Source: Acidobacteriota bacterium
Lineage (GTDB): Bacteria > Acidobacteriota > UBA890 > WLXD01
Length of the DNA: 64,000 bases
Direction: 5' to 3'
NCBI GenBank assembly: GCA_963666055.2
Contig: CAXWPH010000011.1
Span: 252,338-316,337, forward strand
Below are positions 9,617-21,185 of the stretch, in pieces. Position numbers and translations under genes: made by a program. The notes under the pieces are model-generated. The model was given only the letters and a program-made list of their open reading frames with translations, was not told the DNA's origin and ran no database searches. Position 1 is the stretch's first letter. Every line of letters starts with the position of its first letter.

Positions 9617-10600
9617 TCAGACGGCGTCCGGCGGCGGCGGCAGGTCCGATAGATCCATATCGAGCGTTAGCCCCATCTCCGCCAGCACCTCTTTGATCTC
9701 CTGAAGCGACTTCTTACCGAAGTTCTTGGTCTTCAACATCTCCTGTTCACTGCGCTGTACGAGATCGCGGATGGTGCGAATGCTCGCATTCTTCAGGCAA
9801 TTATAGGAGCGCACCGAAAGCTCGAGCTCGTCAACAGAGCGATTCAGATGCGAGTAGAACGCGGTGAGATCCTGGTCGGGCTCGTCGTGCTCGTGTTGCG
9901 GCTCCTCCTCGATGTCGACGAAGATCGCCAGATGATCGCGCATCAGCTTACCGGCCAGCGCGATCGCACGGTCGGGTGTGACCGTACCGTTCGTCCACAT
10001 CTCGAGCACCAGGCGCTCGTAATCCGTTGAGCGACCGAGCCGTGCACGCTCCACCTTGTAGTTCACGCGCTTGACTGGCGAATGCACCGCATCGATGGGA
10101 ATCCAGCCGATGCCCATATCCTCTTCCATATTCCGATCAACGGGAACGTAGCCGCGGCCACGCGCCAGACGCATCTGCAGTTCGATCGCCCCCCCTTTGG
10201 ACAGGGTGCAGATGTGCGCATCCGGGTCGATGCAGGTGAAATCGGGATCTTGCTCGATATCCGCGGCCGTCACCGAGCCCTCGGCGTCCTTGCGTAGGAC
10301 CAGGGTCTTCGGCTTATCGACGTTCAGGCGGAACGGAATGCTCTTGAGGTTGAGGATCAAATCGGTGGTGTCTTCGATCACGCCGGGAAGCGAGCTGAAC
10401 TCGTGCAGCACGCCCTCCACTTTGAGCGCCGTGATTGCCGCACCCTCGACAGAGGACAGCAGCACTCGACGCATCGCGTGCCCGACGGTGATGGCAAAGC
10501 CGCGTTCGAACGGCTGGGCGACGAACTTCCCGTATCCATCTGTTAGCGAATCGAGATCGACCTCGAGTCGCTTGGGTCGTTGGAACCCAGTCCAGAGCAT
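9617..10600 (-). CDS. rpoA: RNA polymerase alpha subunit
   Basis: [30 protein letters not shown]. Confidence 0.98.
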   Translation of the reverse strand: MLWTGFQRPKRLEVDLDSLTDGYGKFVAQPFERGFAITVGHAMRRVLLSSVEGAAITALKVEGVLHEFSSLPGVIEDTTDLILNLKSIPFRLNVDKPKTLVLRKDAEGSVTAADIEQDPDFTCIDPDAHICTLSKGGAIELQMRLARGRGYVPVDRNMEEDMGIGWIPIDAVHSPVKRVNYKVERARLGRSTDYERLVLEMWTNGTVTPDRAIALAGKLMRDHLAIFVDIEEEPQHEHDEPDQDLTAFYSHLNRSVDELELSVRSYNCLKNASIRTIRDLVQRSEQEMLKTKNFGKKSLQEIKEVLAEMGLTLDMDLSDLPPPPDAV

Positions 10601-10648
10601 ATCCGGGGCCTCCTGAAAGACAGCGGTTTCTGCAGCGCGTCGATTGCT

Positions 10649-11278
10649 CTACTTCGAGTAGAGCTCGACGATCAGCTGTTCTTGGATTTCGATGCCGACA
10701 TCTTCACGCATCGGCAATCGCGCCACGGTGCCGGTGAGCTTGTCGTGGTCTATCTCGATCCACTCGACCGGGCTCCCTACCTTGGCGTTCTCGACGGCCA
10801 GCATAATCTCGGTGTTGTTGCTACTACGGTCGCGTACTGCAACCGTATCGCCCTGATGTGCCTGGTACGAAGGTATGTCGACGCGTGAGCCGTTGACCGC
10901 GATATGCCCGTGCTTGACCAACTGGCGGGCGTGTGACCGCGATAGTCCGAACCCCATGCGGTAGACGACGTTGTCGAGGCGCCGCTCGAGCGACATCAAC
11001 AAAGTCTCTCCGGTGATCCCACGCTCGCGCGCCGCGGCGTAAAAGTAGCGGCGGAATTGGCGCTCCAGCACGCCATAGATGCGCTTCACCTTCTGCTTCT
11101 CGCGCAACTGCGCCGAATAATCCGATGGACGACGACGTCGCCGTCGCCCATGCTGGCCGGGCGGGTAGTTACGCCGCTCGATCGCGCACTTGTCCGACAT
11201 GCAGCGCGTGCCCTTGAGGAAGAGCTTCATCGCTTCCCGTCGGCACAACTTGCAAACCGGGCCCGTATAACGCGCCAC
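10649..11278 (-). CDS. rpsD: 30S ribosomal protein S4 (Cys-containing type)
   Basis: [34 protein letters not shown]. Confidence 0.98.
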   Translation of the reverse strand: MARYTGPVCKLCRREAMKLFLKGTRCMSDKCAIERRNYPPGQHGRRRRRRPSDYSAQLREKQKVKRIYGVLERQFRRYFYAAARERGITGETLLMSLERRLDNVVYRMGFGLSRSHARQLVKHGHIAVNGSRVDIPSYQAHQGDTVAVRDRSSNNTEIMLAVENAKVGSPVEWIEIDHDKLTGTVARLPMREDVGIEIQEQLIVELYSK

Positions 11279-11303
11279 TGTTGTTACCTCCTAAGGACCA
11301 ACC

Positions 11304-11690
11304 TCAGACTCTGCGTTTCTTCGGTGGCCGGCATCCGTTGTGTGGAATCGGCGTCACATCGCGGATCGCCGTGACGTTGATGCCGGCAGACTGCAAACCT
11401 CGTATCGCTGATTCACGCCCGGCTCCAGGTCCCTTGATACGAATCTCGACGCGCTGAATGCCGTGCTCTTTGGCCTTGGTGGCGGCGTCGGTGGCGGCGA
11501 TCTGAGCAGCAAACGGGGTGCCCTTACGCGATCCCTTGAACCCCTTCGACCCGGAGCTTGACCACGAGATCGTATTCCCTTCCGTATCGGCGATCGTGAT
11601 GATCGTGTTGTTGAACGTCGCCTGAATGTGGGCTATGCCCGCGGCGATGTTCTTCTTGACCTTCTTCTTGCCTGGCTTTCGATGTGCCAT
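11304..11690 (-). CDS. rpsK: 30S ribosomal protein S11
   Basis: [26 protein letters not shown]. Confidence 0.98.
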   Translation of the reverse strand: MAHRKPGKKKVKKNIAAGIAHIQATFNNTIITIADTEGNTISWSSSGSKGFKGSRKGTPFAAQIAATDAATKAKEHGIQRVEIRIKGPGAGRESAIRGLQSAGINVTAIRDVTPIPHNGCRPPKKRRV

Positions 11691-11756
11691 AGCCTGAACC
11701 TGTATTTATTCCCTGGAGTGGCCGCGTTGCCGGCTCGTTCGGTGCTCGACCAGGGG

Positions 11757-12137
11757 CTAGAGTTTGGCCTTCTGTCTCTTCTTGATGGCCATGCCTCGTG
11801 GCCCCTTCCGGGTTCGCGCGTTCGTCTTGGTGCGCTGCCCACGAACCGGCAGGTTGCGCCTGTGCCGCATGCCGCGGTACGAGCCGATCTCGATCAACCG
11901 CTTGATGTTCATCTGAAGCTCTTTCCGTAGATCGCCCTCGACTCGGCCCTGGCGATCGATCACCTGACGAATGCGGCTTACCTCCTGCTCGGTCAGGTCC
12001 TTCACGCGGCGCTCGACCTCGACCTTCGCGGTCGCAAGAATCGAGTGCGCGCGTGCGCGACCGATACCAAAGATATCGGTCAACGCGATCTCAACGCGCC
12101 TGTCCAGACGCAAATCCACACCCGCGATACGGGCCAT
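11757..12137 (-). CDS. rpsM: 30S ribosomal protein S13
   Basis: [25 protein letters not shown]. Confidence 0.98.
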   Translation of the reverse strand: MARIAGVDLRLDRRVEIALTDIFGIGRARAHSILATAKVEVERRVKDLTEQEVSRIRQVIDRQGRVEGDLRKELQMNIKRLIEIGSYRGMRHRRNLPVRGQRTKTNARTRKGPRGMAIKKRQKAKL

Positions 12138-12227
12138 CGGAAAGCTCCTCTTACTGACGTCCGCCGAGCTCGAGCGCGAGTGCCACGTTCGACACCGACT
12201 CCGGCTGCTCTGTTTCGACCGCTGGCG

Positions 12228-12341
12228 TTATCCTTGCCGCTGCTTGTGCTTTGGGTTCTCGCAGATGACGTAGACTGTGCCCCTGCGGCGCACAATCTTG
12301 CACTTGTCACACATGCGACGAACGGACGCTCTCACCTTCAC
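12228..12341 (-). CDS. rpmJ: 50S ribosomal protein L36 (Zn-binding type)
   Basis: Translated by hand (below ORF-track cutoff): [37 protein letters not shown]. Confidence 0.97.
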   Translation of the reverse strand: MKVRASVRRMCDKCKIVRRRGTVYVICENPKHKQRQG

Positions 12342-12378
12342 GGCAAACTCCCACCAACTTTATCTCAGCGGAGAGCCG

Positions 12379-12387
12379 ATTGTAGCA
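12379..12387 (-). promoter_or_regulatory. Putative extended -10 promoter for rpmJ and the alpha operon
   Basis: Minus strand TG-C-TACAAT about 40 bp upstream of rpmJ; no good -35. Confidence 0.45.
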
Positions 12388-12443
12388 GGATTGCGACTCG
12401 CCGGCATCCACCCCCACACCGCCTGAGCGCGAGTCGATATTCC

Positions 12444-12665
12444 TTACTTGTAGCGGTACACGATTCGTCCACGTGCCAGGTCGTAGGGCGACAGCTCCAC
12501 CAGCACTTCGTCACCCGGGAGGATGCGGATGAAGTACTTCCGCATCTTTCCGGAGATATGCGCCAGCACCTTGTGCCCGTTGTCGAGCTCGATCCTGAAC
12601 ATGGCGTTCGGCAACGTCTCGACGACCTTGGCGCGAACCTGCACGGCCTGTTCTTTCTGCGTCAT
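12444..12665 (-). CDS. infA: Translation initiation factor IF-1
   Basis: [27 protein letters not shown]. Confidence 0.98.
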   Translation of the reverse strand: MTQKEQAVQVRAKVVETLPNAMFRIELDNGHKVLAHISGKMRKYFIRILPGDEVLVELSPYDLARGRIVYRYK

Positions 12666-12672
12666 GCTTTAC

Positions 12673-13455
12673 TCAGCGGCTCGCGACTCGGGCCATCTTC
12701 CGGTCACCCGATGCGCTGAGGACCCAAGGGCCCTCGTCAGTGATTGCCACGCTGTGTTCGAAGTGTGCCGAAGGTCGACGATCCACGGTCACGGCTGTCC
12801 AGCCATCGTCGAGAACCTCCATCGCCGCACTACCGAGATTGACCATGGGCTCGATCGCCAGGACCATCCCCGGCCGCAACCGAACGCCAATGCCCGGAGG
12901 TCCGAAGTTGGGGATCTGCGGATCCTCGTGCAGCGACCTACCAATCCCGTGCCCGACGAACTCTCGTACCACCGAGAATCCGGCCGATTCTACATGCTGC
13001 TGCACGGCGTGCGAGATATCGCCCACTCGGTTGCCAGTCACACATTGATCGATAGCGCAGTCTAACGCCTCGGCGGTCACGAGGAGCAACCGGTGCACCT
13101 CAGGCTCGAGCGGCGGCACCGGCACCGTGATCGCCGAATCGCCGTAGAAGCCGTCGAGACAGACACCAAGATCGAGACTGAGGATGTCCCCTGGCGCGAG
13201 CCGTCGGGTCGGCGACGGAATACCGTGCACGATCTCCTCGTTCAGCGACGCGCACACGGTGGCCGGGAAGCCCCGATAGCCCTTGAAGGCGGGCTCGCCA
13301 CCAAGCTCGCGCACGCGAGCCTCGGCATAATCGTCGAGCTGGGCCGTGGTCACCCCGGGAGCCACGCGCGCTGCCAGCTCGTCGCGAACCGTGGCGACAA
13401 TCTGGTTGGCGGCGTGCATGCGCTCGAGCTCAGCCGGCGACTTGTACTCAATCAT
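12673..13455 (-). CDS. map: Type I methionine aminopeptidase
   Basis: EIVHGIP, DGFYGDSAIT, GHGIG, AIEPMVN, SAHFEHS. Confidence 0.97.
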   Translation of the reverse strand: MIEYKSPAELERMHAANQIVATVRDELAARVAPGVTTAQLDDYAEARVRELGGEPAFKGYRGFPATVCASLNEEIVHGIPSPTRRLAPGDILSLDLGVCLDGFYGDSAITVPVPPLEPEVHRLLLVTAEALDCAIDQCVTGNRVGDISHAVQQHVESAGFSVVREFVGHGIGRSLHEDPQIPNFGPPGIGVRLRPGMVLAIEPMVNLGSAAMEVLDDGWTAVTVDRRPSAHFEHSVAITDEGPWVLSASGDRKMARVASR

Positions 13456-14111
13456 GCGCTCACCAGCTCGCTGAGCGCCGCGTCACTGCGCTCGAACACC
13501 TCATCAATTCCAGCATCGCCGTCGATCCGAACAAGTTGCCCCTTCGCTCGGTAACGATCCACCAGCGGTCGCGTCTTCTCGCGGTAGACGGCCAGCCGCT
13601 CGCGTACGACGTGCTCGCGATCATCATCGCGTTGGACGAGCTCGGTACTGCAACGATCGCATCGCGAGCCCTGTGCCGGCGGATTGAACGTCATGTGATA
13701 GTTGGCACCGCACTCCGGGCATGCACGGCGGCGCGACAGCCTCTCAACGAGAACGCTTTCAGGCACGTCAAGGTAGAGCACCAAGTCAACGCCCTCGTGG
13801 GACGTTCGCGCCAGCAGCTCATCCAAGGCAACTGCCTGAACCGTAGTACGCGGGAACCCATCCAGGATGGCACCGGCGGCGGTGTCCGGCTTCCGCAATC
13901 GCTCCTGCACGACCTCGCGCATCGTGTCGTCGTCGACGAGCCCGCCGGAATCCATGATCGCCTTCATCTTGCTCCCGAGCTCGTCCCCTGCGGCCACGGC
14001 CTCGCGAAGCATGTCCCCGGTAGATACCTGTGGGATGCCGTACTTGGCCGCGAGGCGCGCCGCCTGCGTGCCCTTGCCGGCACCCGGCGGCCCAAGAAAG
14101 ACCACCAGCAT
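13452..14111 (-). CDS. adk: Adenylate kinase (Zn-lid type)
   Basis: Start at 14111 (TGATG overlap with secY); GPPGAGKGT, STGDMLR, LDGFPRT, CPEC...CDRC. Confidence 0.97.
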   Translation of the reverse strand: MLVVFLGPPGAGKGTQAARLAAKYGIPQVSTGDMLREAVAAGDELGSKMKAIMDSGGLVDDDTMREVVQERLRKPDTAAGAILDGFPRTTVQAVALDELLARTSHEGVDLVLYLDVPESVLVERLSRRRACPECGANYHMTFNPPAQGSRCDRCSTELVQRDDDREHVVRERLAVYREKTRPLVDRYRAKGQLVRIDGDAGIDEVFERSDAALSELVSA

Positions 14112-15496
14112 CAGACGAACCGCCGCGACTTGATCCGTCCGCCTTTGATGAAGCCGTCGTAGTGCCGCATGACGAGTTGGCTTTCTACCTGGCGCACGGT
14201 GTCCATCGACACGCCGACGAGAATCAACAGCGAGGTTCCACCGAAGAAGAACGTGACCCCGAGCCCTTCCGTAACCCACAACGGCAGCATCGAGTCGAGA
14301 TACGGGCCGATCAACGGGATCGGGGCTACCTTGAACCCCGAGATCAGGAACTGCGGCAACATCGCCACCGCTGCCAGGTAGACGGAACCGATCAACGTCA
14401 GCCGGGTCAGAATGTCGTCGATGTACTGAGCCGTACGCTTGCCAGGCCGGATACCGGGAACGAAGCCGCCGTACTTGCGCATGTTGTCGGCGACATCCTC
14501 CGGATTGAAGATGATCGCGGTGTAGAAGTAGCAGAAGAAGATAATCCCGCTCACGTAGATCAGATTGTAAAGCGGCATTCCCCATGCCAACGCATCGCTC
14601 ACCGCCTGTGCCCACGGATGGGTAATGAACGACGTGATCGTCTGCGGGAACATGATGATCGAGGAGGCGAAGATCACCGGGATAACGCCAGCCGTATTGA
14701 CGCGAATCGGCAGGTGGGTACTCTGCCCACCGTAGAGCTTTCGGCCTACGACGCGTTTGGCGTATTGCACCGGTATGCGACGCTGACCGCTCTCCATCAA
14801 CACCACGAACCCGGTAACCGCAACCATGAGCGCACCGAGCAACGCCAGCGTCAGCAGGTTGAGCGATCCGGCCTCGAGCTGCAGGTAGGTGGTGATCAGC
14901 GCGGTCGGGAGGCTGACTGCGATTCCCGCGAAGATGATCAGCGAGATGCCGTTACCGATGCCGCGCTCGGTGATCTGCTCGCCGAGCCACATCAGGAATG
15001 CGGTCCCGGTGGTGAGCGTAAGCACCGTCATCAGGCGGAAGCTCAGGCCTGGCGTATCAACGAAGGACGCGCCCGACGGGCTCGTGGTGCTCTCGAGCAC
15101 GAAGGCAATCGACATTGATTGGACAATCGAAAGAAGAATCGTGCCGTAGCGCGTGTACTGGGTGATCTTCTTGCGGCCGAGGTCGCCCTCTTTCTGCAAT
15201 CGCTCCAGGTAGGGCCATACGACCGTCAACAACTGCAGAATAATCGACGACGAGATGTACGGCATAATGCCGAGCGCAAAGATCGTCATGTTGCTCAGGG
15301 CGCCGCCCGAGAACAGATCGACGAAACCGAAGAAGCTCCCCTGCAGAGACTGGAAAAACTCCAGAACCGCAGCCGAGTTGACCCCAGGCGTGGGGATGTT
15401 GGCACCAACCCGGAAAACGGCTAGCAGGCCGAACGTATAGAAAACCCGCTGACGGAGCTCCGGAATCGCCAGGATGTTCCGGAAGCTCTCGATCAT
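14111..15496 (-). CDS. secY: Preprotein translocase SecY
   Basis: IFALGIMPYISSSII, GEQITERGIGNGIS, FGGTSLLILVGV. Confidence 0.98.
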   Translation of the reverse strand: MIESFRNILAIPELRQRVFYTFGLLAVFRVGANIPTPGVNSAAVLEFFQSLQGSFFGFVDLFSGGALSNMTIFALGIMPYISSSIILQLLTVVWPYLERLQKEGDLGRKKITQYTRYGTILLSIVQSMSIAFVLESTTSPSGASFVDTPGLSFRLMTVLTLTTGTAFLMWLGEQITERGIGNGISLIIFAGIAVSLPTALITTYLQLEAGSLNLLTLALLGALMVAVTGFVVLMESGQRRIPVQYAKRVVGRKLYGGQSTHLPIRVNTAGVIPVIFASSIIMFPQTITSFITHPWAQAVSDALAWGMPLYNLIYVSGIIFFCYFYTAIIFNPEDVADNMRKYGGFVPGIRPGKRTAQYIDDILTRLTLIGSVYLAAVAMLPQFLISGFKVAPIPLIGPYLDSMLPLWVTEGLGVTFFFGGTSLLILVGVSMDTVRQVESQLVMRHYDGFIKGGRIKSRRFV

Positions 15497-15936
15497 CCGA
15501 GCACCTCCGCAGTGCCGCCAGCCTCGGTGATCTTCATGGCCGCCGAGCTCGTGAAGCGGTGGACCTTGATGTTGAGCGCCACGCCAAGCTCACCGCGCCC
15601 CATCACCACGACCTTGTCGTAGCGCCCCTTGATCAAGCCGGTCGAGGCGAGCAACTCGGGATCGACCGTGCTACCAGTGTCGAAGCGCGCCAACTGGTCG
15701 AGGTTCACCTCCGCCCAATTCGTCCGAAAAGGATTCTTGAATCCGCGCTTGGGAATACGGCGAACGAGCGGCATCTGCCCGCCCTCGAAACCGCCTTTGC
15801 GGCTGTAGCCTGAACGCGATTTGGCACCGTTCTCACCGCGGCAGCTGGTCTTGCCGTGGCCCGAGGAGCGGCCACGACCGACTCGCTTGCGCGCCCGTCG
15901 ACTACCCTGCTTCGGCCCTACCTCGTGGATCTTCAC
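15493..15936 (-). CDS. rplO: 50S ribosomal protein L15
   Basis: RVGRG...GHGKT, GFEGGQMPL; GTG 15936 fits the AGGAGG spacing. Confidence 0.96.
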   Translation of the reverse strand: MKIHEVGPKQGSRRARKRVGRGRSSGHGKTSCRGENGAKSRSGYSRKGGFEGGQMPLVRRIPKRGFKNPFRTNWAEVNLDQLARFDTGSTVDPELLASTGLIKGRYDKVVVMGRGELGVALNIKVHRFTSSAAMKITEAGGTAEVLG

Positions 15937-15971
15937 GCCCAACCTCCTGTCGGATCGCCAAACCTGGCGGC

Positions 15972-16160
15972 CTACGACCCGGCTTCCTCCACCTTCACTA
16001 GATGCGAGATTACGTTAATCTGCCCACGTACGCGCGGCGAGTCGTCACGCTCGACACGATGGCCAATGCGCCGCAGACCCAGTCCCTTGAGCGCCTCGTG
16101 CTGCGGCTTCGGCCGTCCGATCTTGCTACGCGTCTGCTCGATGATCAGCTTCTTCGCCAT
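15972..16160 (-). CDS. rpmD: 50S ribosomal protein L30
   Basis: RSKIGR...LGLRRI...[11 protein letters not shown]; position between rpsE and rplO. Confidence 0.95.
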   Translation of the reverse strand: MAKKLIIEQTRSKIGRPKPQHEALKGLGLRRIGHRVERDDSPRVRGQINVISHLVKVEEAGS

Positions 16161-16172
16161 GGTCCGGATCCT

Positions 16173-16700
16173 TTACTTTGCCGAAGGCTGCAGGTGCTCG
16201 AGCGGCACGCCACGGATGCGTGCTACGTCTGCTGGGTCTTTGAGCTTGGCGAACGCGTCGAAGGTCGCCTTGAGCATGTTGTGCGGGTTACGCGACCCGA
16301 TGCACTTCGTGAGGATGTCACCCACGCCGGCTAGCTCGAGCGCCGCGCGCACCGCACCGCCGGCGATCACTCCGGTCCCGGGTCCGGCAGGCTTGAGCAG
16401 CACGTGCCCAGCGCCATACCGACCCTCGATACCATGCGGCACCGTCGTACCGCTCATCGGCACCTTCACGAGCGACTTCTGCGCTTCTTGCACGCCCTTG
16501 CGAATCGCCAGCTGCACCTCACGGGCCTTGCCGAGCCCATACCCAACGTGCCCATGACGATCACCAACCACGACCAAGGCGTTGAACCCGAGATTCTTGC
16601 CGCCCTTAACCACCTTGGTGACGCGATTGATCGCCACCACGGTGTCCTGCAGCTGATGCTCGATTTGAGACTGGTCGATGTAGTTGACTCTCTTCTTCAT
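16173..16700 (-). CDS. rpsE: 30S ribosomal protein S5
   Basis: [20 protein letters not shown]; ATG at 16700. Confidence 0.97.
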   Translation of the reverse strand: MKKRVNYIDQSQIEHQLQDTVVAINRVTKVVKGGKNLGFNALVVVGDRHGHVGYGLGKAREVQLAIRKGVQEAQKSLVKVPMSGTTVPHGIEGRYGAGHVLLKPAGPGTGVIAGGAVRAALELAGVGDILTKCIGSRNPHNMLKATFDAFAKLKDPADVARIRGVPLEHLQPSAK

Positions 16701-16713
16701 TCGCCGCCTCTCC

Positions 16714-17091
16714 TCAGAATTCCAGGCCGCCCTCGCGCGCGGCTTCGGCAAGCGCTTGGACGCGCCCGTGATAGTCGTAGCCGCCACGGTCGAAGACGAT
16801 CTGCTTGATGCCAGCGCCAAGAGCGCGCTCGGCAAGCAACGTACCCGCCGCAGCGGCGGCTTCGCAATTCGCCCCGGCATCGAAACCGCGCGCATGAAAC
16901 GCCTTCTCGAGCGTCGACACCGACGCCAAGGTGCGCCCGGCATTGTCGTCAATGATCTGTAAATGCAGGTGCCGATTCGATCGGAACACGCACAACCGTG
17001 GGCGCTGCTCACTGCCGCTCACCTTGCGTCGCACGCGGAGCCGCACTGCCGCCCGCCGGGCTTCTTTTTTCTTCCTGCGATTAACCTGCAT
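16714..17091 (-). CDS. rplR: 50S ribosomal protein L18
   Basis: [23 protein letters not shown]. Confidence 0.97.
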   Translation of the reverse strand: MQVNRRKKKEARRAAVRLRVRRKVSGSEQRPRLCVFRSNRHLHLQIIDDNAGRTLASVSTLEKAFHARGFDAGANCEAAAAAGTLLAERALGAGIKQIVFDRGGYDYHGRVQALAEAAREGGLEF

Positions 17092-17106
17092 GGGTCGAAA
17101 CCTCTA

Positions 17107-17652
17107 CTAGGCAGCCGTTACGCCGGCCTTGCCGACCTTCGTGCGAACCAACTCATCGCGGTAGCGAATGCCCTTGCCTTTGTAGGCGTCGGGCGGGCGG
17201 TAGCGTCGGATTTGCGCGGCAATCTCGCCTACCCGTTGCTTGTCGATGCCCTCGACGACGATCTTCGTCTGCTCCGGCGTGGAAATCTGGATATCCTTCG
17301 GCACCGGAAACTCCACCGAATGCGAGAATCCAAGCTGCATGCTCAGCGTGCTTCCCTGCATCGAGGCCCGGTAACCAATGCCCTGAATCTCCAGCTCTCG
17401 CTTGAAGCCTTCGCTCACGCCGACCACGGCATTAGCCGCCAACGCCCGCGCCAAACCGTGAAAGGCCCGCGTCTGCTTGGCATCGTCGGCACGCTTCGCC
17501 AACAACTCGGCACCCTCGATCTCGAAGCTAATGCCGGCGGGCACCGGCGAAGTCAGCTCGCCCTTTGACCCGGTCACGACGAGCCGGTCGCTCCCTATGT
17601 CGACCTTTACGCCGTCTGGCACCGGGATGGGCTTGTATCCAACGCGTGACAT
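17107..17652 (-). CDS. rplF: 50S ribosomal protein L6
   Basis: MSRVGYKPI, PDAYKGKGIRY; ATG at 17652. Confidence 0.97.
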   Translation of the reverse strand: MSRVGYKPIPVPDGVKVDIGSDRLVVTGSKGELTSPVPAGISFEIEGAELLAKRADDAKQTRAFHGLARALAANAVVGVSEGFKRELEIQGIGYRASMQGSTLSMQLGFSHSVEFPVPKDIQISTPEQTKIVVEGIDKQRVGEIAAQIRRYRPPDAYKGKGIRYRDELVRTKVGKAGVTAA

Positions 17653-17654
17653 GG

Positions 17655-18050
17655 CTACCACACCTCGCAAAGCACCTCGCCGCCGATGCCGTGTTCGCGG
17701 CACTGACGATCGGTGAGAACACCGCGCGAGGTCGAAATGATGGCAACTCCCAATCCGTTCAGAATGCGCGGCAGGTCGCTCTTGCCACAATAGATGCGGC
17801 AGCCCGGCTTGCTGACGCGCTGCAACCCGGTAATCGCCGACTCTTCGCCGCCGACGTACTTGAGCTCGATGTCGATTGCGCCCTGGGGGCCATCCTCGAT
17901 GGGCTCGACCGATTTGACGTACCCCTCTTCGCGCAGGATTCGGGCGATCTCGTGCTTGGTCTTTGACGCCGGAATTCGTACGTGGTCATGCCGCGCACCA
18001 ATAGCGTTGCGAATCCTGGTCAGCATGTCTGCGACTGGGTCTGTCATCAT
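17655..18050 (-). CDS. rpsH: 30S ribosomal protein S8
   Basis: [21 protein letters not shown]. Confidence 0.98.
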   Translation of the reverse strand: MMTDPVADMLTRIRNAIGARHDHVRIPASKTKHEIARILREEGYVKSVEPIEDGPQGAIDIELKYVGGEESAITGLQRVSKPGCRIYCGKSDLPRILNGLGVAIISTSRGVLTDRQCREHGIGGEVLCEVW

Positions 18051-18066
18051 GGTTCGGGTCTCCGGC

Positions 18067-18252
18067 CTACCAGCTCGCCTTCTTGACGCCTGGAAGCTCC
18101 CCGTTCAGCGCCCGCTGTCGAAAGCAGATGCGGCAAAGCTGGAACTTCCGCATATACGCTCGCGAGCGTCCGCAGAGACGGCAACGACTGACCCTGCGAG
18201 TCGAGAACTTGGGCTTGCGCTTCGACTTGGCGATCCAAGCTGTGGTGGCCAC
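18067..18252 (-). CDS. rpsZ: 30S ribosomal protein S14 type Z
   Basis: 61 aa; CRLC...CRICFR; [11 protein letters not shown]. Confidence 0.96.
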   Translation of the reverse strand: MATTAWIAKSKRKPKFSTRRVSRCRLCGRSRAYMRKFQLCRICFRQRALNGELPGVKKASW

Positions 18253-18265
18253 GTTTGTTAGCGTC

Positions 18266-18814
18266 CTATTCGTCGCGGCGGAACGGCATGCCCAGCGCCT
18301 CGAGCAACGTGCGGGCGCCTTCGTCCGTAGCCGCGGATGTACAAATCGTCACGTTCATACCCCGAACCTTGTCCACCTTGGTGTAGTCGACCTCGGGAAA
18401 GATGAGCTGGTCGGTGAGGCCTAGAGTGTAGTTTCCGCGACCGTCGAACGATCGCCGCGGAACACCGCGAAAATCCCTCACGCGAGGCAACGTGATGGTG
18501 ATCAGCCGATCCAGAAACTCCCACATTTTCTTGCCGCGCAAAGTCACCGAGCAGCCTACCGGCATCCCCTCGCGCAACTTGAATGCAGCAATGGACTTGC
18601 GAGCACGGCGTATCACCGGCTTCTGGCCGGTAATCACGCTGAGCTCGTCTACCGCCTTATCGAGCTCCTTGATGTCTTGTGAAGCGCCCCCAACGCCCAT
18701 GTTGACGCTGATCTTGACGAGTCGCGGCGCCGCCATCGGGTTCGAATACGCGTCGTTCTCGACGAGCTTGGAAAGGATCTCTTCATCGTAGAGCTTCTTC
18801 ATACGCGCCATCAT
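18266..18814 (-). CDS. rplE: 50S ribosomal protein L5
   Basis: [22 protein letters not shown]. Confidence 0.97.
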   Translation of the reverse strand: MMARMKKLYDEEILSKLVENDAYSNPMAAPRLVKISVNMGVGGASQDIKELDKAVDELSVITGQKPVIRRARKSIAAFKLREGMPVGCSVTLRGKKMWEFLDRLITITLPRVRDFRGVPRRSFDGRGNYTLGLTDQLIFPEVDYTKVDKVRGMNVTICTSAATDEGARTLLEALGMPFRRDE

Positions 18815-18827
18815 CGTCTCGTCCTCG

Positions 18828-19154
18828 TCAACTCTTGTCGATGATGGCGCCTTGACGACTGACCCGTACTTTCGAGCCGTCCTCGAGGAACTGATATCCA
18901 ACCCGCGTCGGCAAGTTGGTCTCGGGGTCAATCACCGCGACGTTGGAAATGTGCAGAGTCTGCTCGCTGCGCACGAGACCGCCCTTGATGTTCTTCTGCG
19001 GGTTCGCCCGAACCGCACGGGTCACCATGTTGACCCCCTCAACGAGCACCCGCTGCTTCTCGGGGTGCACCGCGAGCACCCGACCGGTCTTGCCCTTGTC
19101 GCGCCCCGCGTTGACGTAGACGGTATCGTGGCGCTTCACCCGTGGTCCGGCCAT
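18828..19154 (-). CDS. rplX: 50S ribosomal protein L24
   Basis: [21 protein letters not shown]; ATG at 19154 overlaps rplN stop. Confidence 0.96.
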   Translation of the reverse strand: MAGPRVKRHDTVYVNAGRDKGKTGRVLAVHPEKQRVLVEGVNMVTRAVRANPQKNIKGGLVRSEQTLHISNVAVIDPETNLPTRVGYQFLEDGSKVRVSRQGAIIDKS

Positions 19155-19525
19155 TACAGCACCTCGGGAGCAAGCGAAACGATCTTCATGAACCGTCGCT
19201 CGCGAAGCTCGCGCCCGACCGGGCCGAACACGCGGGTTCCGATCGGCTCGTTCTGTGCGTCGACAAGTACCGCAGCGTTGTTGTCGAAGCGGATGTACGA
19301 GCCATCCTTGCGCCCGGTCTCCTTGCGCGTGCGTACGATCACGGCACGCACCACTTCGCCCTTCTTGATCGTACCGTGAGGCACCGCTTCCTTTACCGCC
19401 GCCGAGATGACGTCGCCCAAGCCGGCGATCTGCCCCACACTCGATCCACCCAGCCGCCGGATGCAAGCGATCTTGCGGGCGCCGGAGTTGTCAGCAACGT
19501 CGAGCACCGTCTCCATTTGAATCAT
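19154..19525 (-). CDS. rplN: 50S ribosomal protein L14
   Basis: [23 protein letters not shown]. Confidence 0.98.
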   Translation of the reverse strand: MIQMETVLDVADNSGARKIACIRRLGGSSVGQIAGLGDVISAAVKEAVPHGTIKKGEVVRAVIVRTRKETGRKDGSYIRFDNNAAVLVDAQNEPIGTRVFGPVGRELRERRFMKIVSLAPEVL

Positions 19526-19540
19526 GTGCGTGCCTCGTCG

Positions 19541-19846
19541 TCACTCGCCCGTGCCGACGACGCCGCCGGGAGCACGTTGGATAATCTCGGCCACACGCCA
19601 GCGCTTGCGCGCCGACATCGGCCGGCATTCGGTTACTCGAACACGATCGCCCATCTGGCAGCTGTTGTCTGCATCGTGCGCCATGAACTTGGTACGCGTG
19701 CGGACGACCTTGTTGTACAGCGGATGCGACCAGACGCGCTCGACGGTAATCACCACGGTCTTGTCCATCTTGTCGCTCGTAACAACGCCGACCTCTTCGC
19801 GCTTGTTACCGCGCGGGCGAGTTTCTTCAGCGCTCGCTGTGTTCAT
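19541..19846 (-). CDS. rpsQ: 30S ribosomal protein S17
   Basis: [22 protein letters not shown]; GGAGG before ATG 19846. Confidence 0.96.
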   Translation of the reverse strand: MNTASAEETRPRGNKREEVGVVTSDKMDKTVVITVERVWSHPLYNKVVRTRTKFMAHDADNSCQMGDRVRVTECRPMSARKRWRVAEIIQRAPGGVVGTGE

Positions 19847-19865
19847 TGCAAAGTCCTCCAAGAGC

Positions 19866-20093
19866 TCACGTAGCGGCCGGAGCCGTCTCGCCGGGTACCG
19901 CAGGCGTCAGCTCCCGCTCACGCAGAATCGTCAGCCCGCGTGCAACCTCTCGACGAACTCTAGACAGCTTGGCGGCGCTTTCGACTTGGCCGGTGGTTTT
20001 TTGGAACCGGAGCTTGAATAGCTGCTCACGCAGGTCTCGGATCCGGTCGTTGATCTCGCTGTCGGTCATGTCGCGGAGCTCATCGGCTACCAT
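19866..20093 (-). CDS. rpmC: 50S ribosomal protein L29
   Basis: LFKLRFQ...RVRREVAR; position after rplP. Confidence 0.95.
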   Translation of the reverse strand: MVADELRDMTDSEINDRIRDLREQLFKLRFQKTTGQVESAAKLSRVRREVARGLTILRERELTPAVPGETAPAAT

Positions 20094-20512
20094 CGCAGCT
20101 CCTCCACAACACGCTTCACTACACGCGTGCGAATGGGCAACTTGGCCGCAGCCCGTCGCATTGCGGCCCGTGCAACGGCCTCACTCACACCTTCTATCTC
20201 GTACATGATGCGCCCCGGCCGCACGACCGAGACCCAGAACTCAGGGTTGCCCTTGCCTTTACCCATCCGAACTTCCGCCGGCTTCTTGGTCACTGGCTTG
20301 TCGGGAAACACCCGGATCCAGATCTTGCCGCCGCGCTTGACGTGCCTGGTCATGGCAACGCGAGCCGCCTCGATCTGACGGGCGGTAATCCACGCCGGCT
20401 CCAACGCCTGCAACCCAAACTCACCGAAGGAGACCGTGGCACCACGCAAGGCCTTGCCCCGACGATGTCCCCGGTGCTGCTTGCGGTACTTGACTTTCTT
20501 GGGCATTAACAT
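20087..20512 (-). CDS. rplP: 50S ribosomal protein L16
   Basis: [18 protein letters not shown]. Confidence 0.98.
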   Translation of the reverse strand: MLMPKKVKYRKQHRGHRRGKALRGATVSFGEFGLQALEPAWITARQIEAARVAMTRHVKRGGKIWIRVFPDKPVTKKPAEVRMGKGKGNPEFWVSVVRPGRIMYEIEGVSEAVARAAMRRAAAKLPIRTRVVKRVVEELRW

Positions 20513-20524
20513 CTGAGACGCTCC

Positions 20525-21184
20525 TTACGACGACGCCCTGGTGCGGCGGGCCAAGTCGGGGCTGAGTATCTCGCCCTGGTAGACCCACACTTTCACGCCA
20601 ATGCGCCCGTAGGTCGTGCGGGCCTCGGCAAAGCCATAGTCGATGTCGGCGCGAAGCGTGTGCAACGGCAGCTTGCCGTGTAGGTACCACTCGGCGCGCG
20701 AGATCTCGAGACCGCCAAGGCGTCCCCCGCAGCGTACTCTGATTCCCTCGGCGCCGAAGCGCTGCGCGTTCTCGACCGCCTTGCGCATTGCGCGGCGGAA
20801 CGCGATGCGACGCTCCAGCTGCATCGCCACGCTCTCTGCAACGAGCTGAGCATCGAGCTCGGGGCGATGAACCTCCTGGATGTTGATGAACACCTCGCGG
20901 CCAGTCATCTCTTCCACACTCCGCTTCAGGCGGTCGACCTCGGCACCCTTGCGACCGATTACGATCCCCGGCCGCGCGGTGTACACATCGATCTTGAGCT
21001 TGTTCGCGGCGCGCTCGATATCTACCTTGGAGATCCCCGCGTGATACAAGCGCGTCTTGATCATGTCGCGCAGGGCGATGTCCTCGTGCAGCAGTTCGGC
21101 GTAGTCCTTGATGGAGAACCAGCGCGAGCGCCACTCCTTCGTGTACCCGAGGCGGAAGCCGTATGGATGAACTTTCTGGCCCAA
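20525..21184 (-). CDS. rpsC: 30S ribosomal protein S3
   Basis: [23 protein letters not shown]. Confidence 0.98.
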   Translation of the reverse strand: MGQKVHPYGFRLGYTKEWRSRWFSIKDYAELLHEDIALRDMIKTRLYHAGISKVDIERAANKLKIDVYTARPGIVIGRKGAEVDRLKRSVEEMTGREVFINIQEVHRPELDAQLVAESVAMQLERRIAFRRAMRKAVENAQRFGAEGIRVRCGGRLGGLEISRAEWYLHGKLPLHTLRADIDYGFAEARTTYGRIGVKVWVYQGEILSPDLARRTRASS

Positions 21185-21185
21185 T

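Noticed and set aside
13452-14615. ORF-track N-terminal extensions on adk, rpsE, rplF, rplX, rplV, rplD and nadE
   Set aside because: They overlap upstream genes; downstream starts with an RBS or coupled stop give normal protein lengths.
15421-15431. CTAGCAGGCCG inside secY matches the repeat family
   Set aside because: Only 11 bp, within conserved coding sequence (FGLLA), and does not extend; probably chance.
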